DNA of 64,000 nucleotides from Flavobacteriales bacterium (GTDB lineage Bacteria; Bacteroidota; Bacteroidia; Flavobacteriales_F; PHOS-HE28): NCBI GenBank assembly GCA_016702645.1, contig JADJDP010000013.1, positions 20,143 to 84,142 of the forward strand, read 5' to 3'. Shown piece by piece: positions 59,904 to 64,000 of this stretch (position 1 is its first letter; each line of letters starts with the position of its first letter). The notes under the pieces were generated by a model. It saw only the letters and a program-made list of their open reading frames with translations, ran no database searches and was not told where the DNA came from. The position numbers and the translations under genes were made by a program.

Positions 59904-61084
59904 GCACTGCCGAGTTGCGCCACGGCCTTGGCCACGCGATCCATGGCTTCCACCAGCTTGGCATCGCTGGTGGCGTAGCTGATCCGTAAGGTTCCTTCGG
60001 CACCGAAGGAGCGGCCTTCCACGAGGCTGACACCAACGCTGTCCAAGAGATGGAGGCTGAGGTCCACGGATCCCTTGATCGTTTTTCCGTCGATGGAAGA
60101 GCGCACATCCGGTAGGAGATAGAAGGCACCTTGCGGCACATTGCAGCGCCAACCGGGGATCTTGCTCAACGCCGCAAGTGTGAGGTCCCGGCGACGTAGG
60201 AAATCAGCGCGCATGCCCTTGACGAACGCAGGGTCCGCTTCCACACATGCTTTTGCAACGCGTTGTCCGATGCTGTTGGCACCCGAGGTGAATTGTCCCT
60301 GAACCTTTGTGCATGCCTGCGCGATCCATAACGGTGCGCCGATGTATCCTACGCGCCAGCCGGTGAGCGCGAAGGCTTTGCTCAATCCGTTCACGGTGAT
60401 GGTGCGCTCGGCCATGCCGGGCAGCGACGCGAAACTCACATGCTCACCCTCGAACACGATGTGCTCGTAGATCTCATCGGCGATCACGTACAGTTCTTCG
60501 TGTTTCGCTACCACTTCCGCCAGCGATTCCAACTCCTTGCGTGAAAGGACCGATCCACTCGGGTTGCACGGCGAACTGAACATGAGCAAGCGCGTCCGCG
60601 GCGTGATGGCTGCGGCGATACGCTCCACCGGCGGTTTCCAATCCTCTTCCAACGTGCTTGATACGATCACCGGTTTGGCACCGGCCAAACGCACCTGCTC
60701 GGAATAGCTCACCCAATAGGGCGCGGGGATCACCACCTCGTCACCGGGTCCGCACAAGCTCATCACCACGTTCATGATGCTGTGCTTGGCACCGGTGCTC
60801 ACCACCACCTGGTCGGCGGTGTACTCCAATCCGTTGTCCCGCTTGAACTTGTTCGCGATGGCCTGGCGCACATCGGCGTAGCCGTTCACCGGCGTGTACT
60901 TGTGCCAGGGGCCGCGCAGGGCTTCTTGGGCCGCTTCCAGTGCAAAAGCGGGTGGGTCGTGGTCGGGTTCTCCCAAGCTCAGATCGATGATGTCCCGGCC
61001 TTGTGCGCGCAATTCGCGACAACGGCGGGCCATCAGCAAGGTGGCGGGTTCTACAATGGCTTTGACGACGGGCGATAGGTGCAT
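59900..61084 (-). CDS. class I/II PLP-dependent (aspartate-type) aminotransferase
   Basis: LSLGEPD, YTPVNG, PAPYWVSY, and SKAFALTGWRVGY carrying the PLP lysine. Start at MHLSPVV (61084). Confidence 0.85.
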   Translation of the reverse strand: MHLSPVVKAIVEPATLLMARRCRELRAQGRDIIDLSLGEPDHDPPAFALEAAQEALRGPWHKYTPVNGYADVRQAIANKFKRDNGLEYTADQVVVSTGAKHSIMNVVMSLCGPGDEVVIPAPYWVSYSEQVRLAGAKPVIVSSTLEEDWKPPVERIAAAITPRTRLLMFSSPCNPSGSVLSRKELESLAEVVAKHEELYVIADEIYEHIVFEGEHVSFASLPGMAERTITVNGLSKAFALTGWRVGYIGAPLWIAQACTKVQGQFTSGANSIGQRVAKACVEADPAFVKGMRADFLRRRDLTLAALSKIPGWRCNVPQGAFYLLPDVRSSIDGKTIKGSVDLSLHLLDSVGVSLVEGRSFGAEGTLRISYATSDAKLVEAMDRVAKAVAQLGSA

Positions 61085-61166
61085 GATGAACGGGGGCGAA
61101 GCTAAACAAGGCCGTTCCGGCGCTTGCCGGTCAGGTTCCCGATATTCGTCCACCGCTTTATCCACG

Positions 61167-61691
61167 ATGAACGATCCAATTGTACAGGTCCTGGTAGCCG
61201 TGCTCCCCTCGTTGGTGGTCTTTCTCACCGCCTTCTATCTCATCAAGCAGTTCATGGGTGCGCGCACGAGCGAGCGGATGCTGGAACTGAAGAAGGACGA
61301 CCACAAGCACGTGCTTCCGCTGCGCTTGCAGGCATATGAACGCATCACACTGCTCCTGGAGCGGATCCAGCCGGGGCCGCTGGTGTTGCGTGTGCATACG
61401 AGCCGTATGGATGCAGGTGACCTGCATGCCGCGCTCGTCTCGACCATACGCGAGGAGTACGAGCACAACGTGACGCAACAGATCTACATGAGCGACCGTG
61501 CCTGGGCCAAGGTGAAGCAGGCCAAGGAAGAGACGATCCGGCTGGTGAACTTCAGCTACCAGCAGATCGGTACCTCATCATCGGCCACTGAACTGAGCCG
61601 CGGGATCTTCGAGAGCACCGCGCGACTTTCGCACACACCATCCCAAGAAGCGTTGGTGGTGATCAAGGACGAGGTGCGCCGTCTGTTCTGA
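61167..61691 (+). CDS. hypothetical membrane-anchored protein
   Basis: ATG at 61167. A single N-terminal helix VQVLVAVLPSLVVFLTAFYLI. No recognised motif. Confidence 0.5.
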   Translation: MNDPIVQVLVAVLPSLVVFLTAFYLIKQFMGARTSERMLELKKDDHKHVLPLRLQAYERITLLLERIQPGPLVLRVHTSRMDAGDLHAALVSTIREEYEHNVTQQIYMSDRAWAKVKQAKEETIRLVNFSYQQIGTSSSATELSRGIFESTARLSHTPSQEALVVIKDEVRRLF

Positions 61692-62664
61692 AGAGAGCCA
61701 GTATTTCGTCCGCAGCGGCGAAGGGGCTCTTCGCACCGGCAAGCACTTCCGCGTGCAACGCGGGTATCAACTTCGTCAAGCGTGGATCGTGCTTCAACAG
61801 GTCGCGCAAGCCGTGGAGCACCGCTTGGTCCATCCAGTGCAGGTTTTGCGCACGTCGATGCTCCTCTTGGTAACCGGAGGCATGGTCAGCGGCCCGCAAC
61901 AGTTCGATGCGATCGCCCAATTCCGCGATCCCTTCGCCACTGATGGCGCTGGTGAGCAGCAGTTCCGCGGAACGACCACTTGGCCTCAACGGGAGCAGGG
62001 AAATCGCGCTGCGCAGATCGCGGCGAGCAGCTTCAGCGCGCATGCGCGCATCACCTTCTGCTTTGGTGAAGGCGATCACGTCCGCAACTTCCATGATGCC
62101 CCGTTTGATCCCCTGCAGCTCATCGCCGGCTCCCGCGATCAACAGGAGCAGGTTCAGGTCGGTGAGATGGTCCACATCCAGTTCGCTCTGGCCCGTTCCC
62201 ACGGTTTCAACGATGATGCGATCGTAGCCGGCTGCTTCACAGAGAGCGATGGATTCACGCGTGCGGCGTGCAACTCCGCCGAGATTGCCAGCTGCCGGGG
62301 TGGGACGAATGAAGGCAGCATCCTTCACTGCCAAACGTTCCATGCGCGTTTTGTCACCGAGTATGCTCCCGCCCGTGCGTGCGCTGCTGGGGTCTATGGC
62401 GAGCACAGCCACCCGATGCCTCTTATCGATCATCCACGTTCCCAGCGCGTCGATCAACGTGCTCTTGCCAACTCCGGGTATTCCCGTGATGCCGAGGCGC
62501 AATGATCTTCCACCATGAGGAAGGCAGCGCTCCACCAGGACACGTGCGCGCAGGAGATCGCTTTCTCGTTCGCTTTCGATCAGCGTGATCCCACGTCCCA
62601 GCGCTGAACGATCGCCTTCGCGCAATGCATGGAAGAGCGACAGGTCCGGGTCCATCCTGATCAA
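61663..62664 (-). CDS. meaB: methylmalonyl-CoA mutase-associated GTPase (ArgK/MeaB)
   Basis: GIPGVGKST P-loop, DPSS..GGSILGDKTRM, and ETVGTGQSE. Confidence 0.85.
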   Translation of the reverse strand: MIRMDPDLSLFHALREGDRSALGRGITLIESERESDLLRARVLVERCLPHGGRSLRLGITGIPGVGKSTLIDALGTWMIDKRHRVAVLAIDPSSARTGGSILGDKTRMERLAVKDAAFIRPTPAAGNLGGVARRTRESIALCEAAGYDRIIVETVGTGQSELDVDHLTDLNLLLLIAGAGDELQGIKRGIMEVADVIAFTKAEGDARMRAEAARRDLRSAISLLPLRPSGRSAELLLTSAISGEGIAELGDRIELLRAADHASGYQEEHRRAQNLHWMDQAVLHGLRDLLKHDPRLTKLIPALHAEVLAGAKSPFAAADEILALFRTDGAPRP

Positions 62665-63242
62665 TACCCCTTACGGTAGTTGTCCACCCATTCTTCGTCC
62701 CCCATGTCGCGGAGAAGGCGGAACAGATCTTCGCCCTTGACCATGCTGTGCATGTACAACATGCCGTAGTCGGCGAGCAGGAGCATTTGTCGTGGGCTCG
62801 GAGCATTCGGGGTTTCCGCCCAGCCGTTACCGGGGTGAACACCCTCGGCCTGTCGGAACGGATATTCCCAGAAGCGTAGTTTCCAGAGGTCGTCGAACAC
62901 GCCGCAATCGGTCATCACGATGCGGCCGTTGCCCATTTCCGCCGGTGGCAGACAGCTGTTCACACCATACTTGCGGAAGAGGTTCGCACCATCGGGGTTT
63001 GCGTTGCTGGGAACACCGCCTTGGGCTTGCAGGACGAACTGGCCGCGCGTCACGGGCTCGTTCGCGAGAACGCGGCCTTCGAACTCCTTGACCACAAAGA
63101 GCGTGAAGAGTTCGTTGTTCATGCCTGTGGTAAGGGTGAGTCCGAAAGTGTAGGTGGCGAACACCGGTCGTAGCGCCCCGTTGCCGCTGACAGTGGCCAG
63201 CAGACAGGCGCAAAGCACCATCGCGGCCTTTGCCATGCTCAT
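62661..63242 (-). CDS. hypothetical secreted protein
   Basis: Start taken at MSMAKAAMVLCACLLATVSG (63242). No recognised motif. Confidence 0.4.
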   Translation of the reverse strand: MSMAKAAMVLCACLLATVSGNGALRPVFATYTFGLTLTTGMNNELFTLFVVKEFEGRVLANEPVTRGQFVLQAQGGVPSNANPDGANLFRKYGVNSCLPPAEMGNGRIVMTDCGVFDDLWKLRFWEYPFRQAEGVHPGNGWAETPNAPSPRQMLLLADYGMLYMHSMVKGEDLFRLLRDMGDEEWVDNYRKGY

Positions 63243-63316
63243 TCGCTCGGAACGATCCATCACACGGTCACGTTTCGCCCACATCGTGGATCGCCCACGA
63301 ACGCTGTGACGAGTGG

Positions 63317-64000
63317 TCACTGTTTCACGAACCGTGCGTTGCCGCGCGATCCTCCATCCACGTCCTTCAACTCGAAGAAGTAGCTACCAGCTTCCAGATC
63401 GCGAACGGGTATCGCCAGCTGCCCGGAATCATCGAGTGCCGCCGCGTTGCCGCCGCTCACCATCCGCCCGCTTGCGTCGAGGATGCGCCACTGCAGCGCA
63501 TGACCGGCTATGGAACTGCTGCTGACCATGAGCACATCGTTCGCAGGGTTCGGGTAGAGTTGGATCGGTAGTTCACCCGAGCGGAAGTTGACGGCCACGG
63601 TGTTGGACGGAAGCGAACTTCCATCCAGGTCCGTGATCTTCAGTCGATAGTAGTTGACACCCGCGGACGGTGAACGGTCGACAAAATCGTACGCAGTGAA
63701 GGTGTTGGAGGAGCCCTGCGCTTCCACCCGGCCGATCGGCTGGAAATTGGTGCCGTCCTTCGAGCGTTCCACGATGAAGTGGGAGCTGTTCGATTCGCTT
63801 CCAGTGGACCATTCCAATGCCACGGCAGACCCTGACCGCTCTCCATTGAGACCGAGGAATTCCACCGGCAAGGTGCAACTGATGGAGGCACAAGGAGGGA
63901 AGCCTGGCGTGCCACAGTTGGGTTGGTACTGGAAGGTGAGGTCGAAGGCGAATCCTGTCATGTACCAATTGTCAACGTAGAGGATGTAGACATCTCCGAC
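63317..64000 (-). CDS. C-terminal part of a T9SS type A cargo protein (5' end beyond window)
   Basis: The frame stays open to the window edge. Ig-like module LEWSTGSESNSSHFIVERSKDG..YYRLK, then CTD LYPNPANDVL..GSYFFELKD..ARFVKQ. Confidence 0.7.
   Translation of the reverse strand, partial: VGDVYILYVDNWYMTGFAFDLTFQYQPNCGTPGFPPCASISCTLPVEFLGLNGERSGSAVALEWSTGSESNSSHFIVERSKDGTNFQPIGRVEAQGSSNTFTAYDFVDRSPSAGVNYYRLKITDLDGSSLPSNTVAVNFRSGELPIQLYPNPANDVLMVSSSSIAGHALQWRILDASGRMVSGGNAAALDDSGQLAIPVRDLEAGSYFFELKDVDGGSRGNARFVKQ

Overview
GC-rich chromosomal window, on gene content most likely from a member of Bacteroidota. Support: five proteins with T9SS C-terminal sorting domains, a PorT-family gene, a short (~290 aa) RpoD, and TAnnTTTG -7 promoter boxes upstream of several genes. 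No rRNA, tRNA, CRISPR, transposase or integrase was seen. Content falls into four parts. (1) 1-11.4 kb is housekeeping: GT2 glycosyltransferase, ECF sigma, rsmG, an MsbA-like ABC exporter, pyrE, NUDIX, a TlpA-like protein, coaD, rsmD and a RecD-like helicase. (2) 11.4-22.6 kb (minus strand) is a compact three-gene hybrid NRPS-PKS cluster. It comprises an Sfp-type PPTase, C-A-PCP-TE, and A-PCP-KS-AT-ACP-aminotransferase. (3) 22.9-38.7 kb is an island of four very large secreted T9SS cargo proteins. Two are tandem paralogs built from about 40-aa four-cysteine repeats that I cannot assign to a named family. (4) 38.8-64 kb holds a TonB-receptor trio, then purEK, rpe, rpoD, pnp, rpsO, accD, class I fba, an Omp85/BamA-like protein, TrmH, porT, ubiE and meaB. 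Unusual items: a ~0.9 kb almost pure G/C tract between two convergent genes; three copies of a 36-bp element with CATG phased every 8 bp; an in-frame loss of the A3 core in one adenylation domain; an in-frame TAG before the beta-signal of the Omp85 protein. At least 12 reading-frame breaks, about half of them at identifiable G or C runs and the rest not resolved, suggest consensus errors rather than decay. All coordinates of split genes are given as merged spans.
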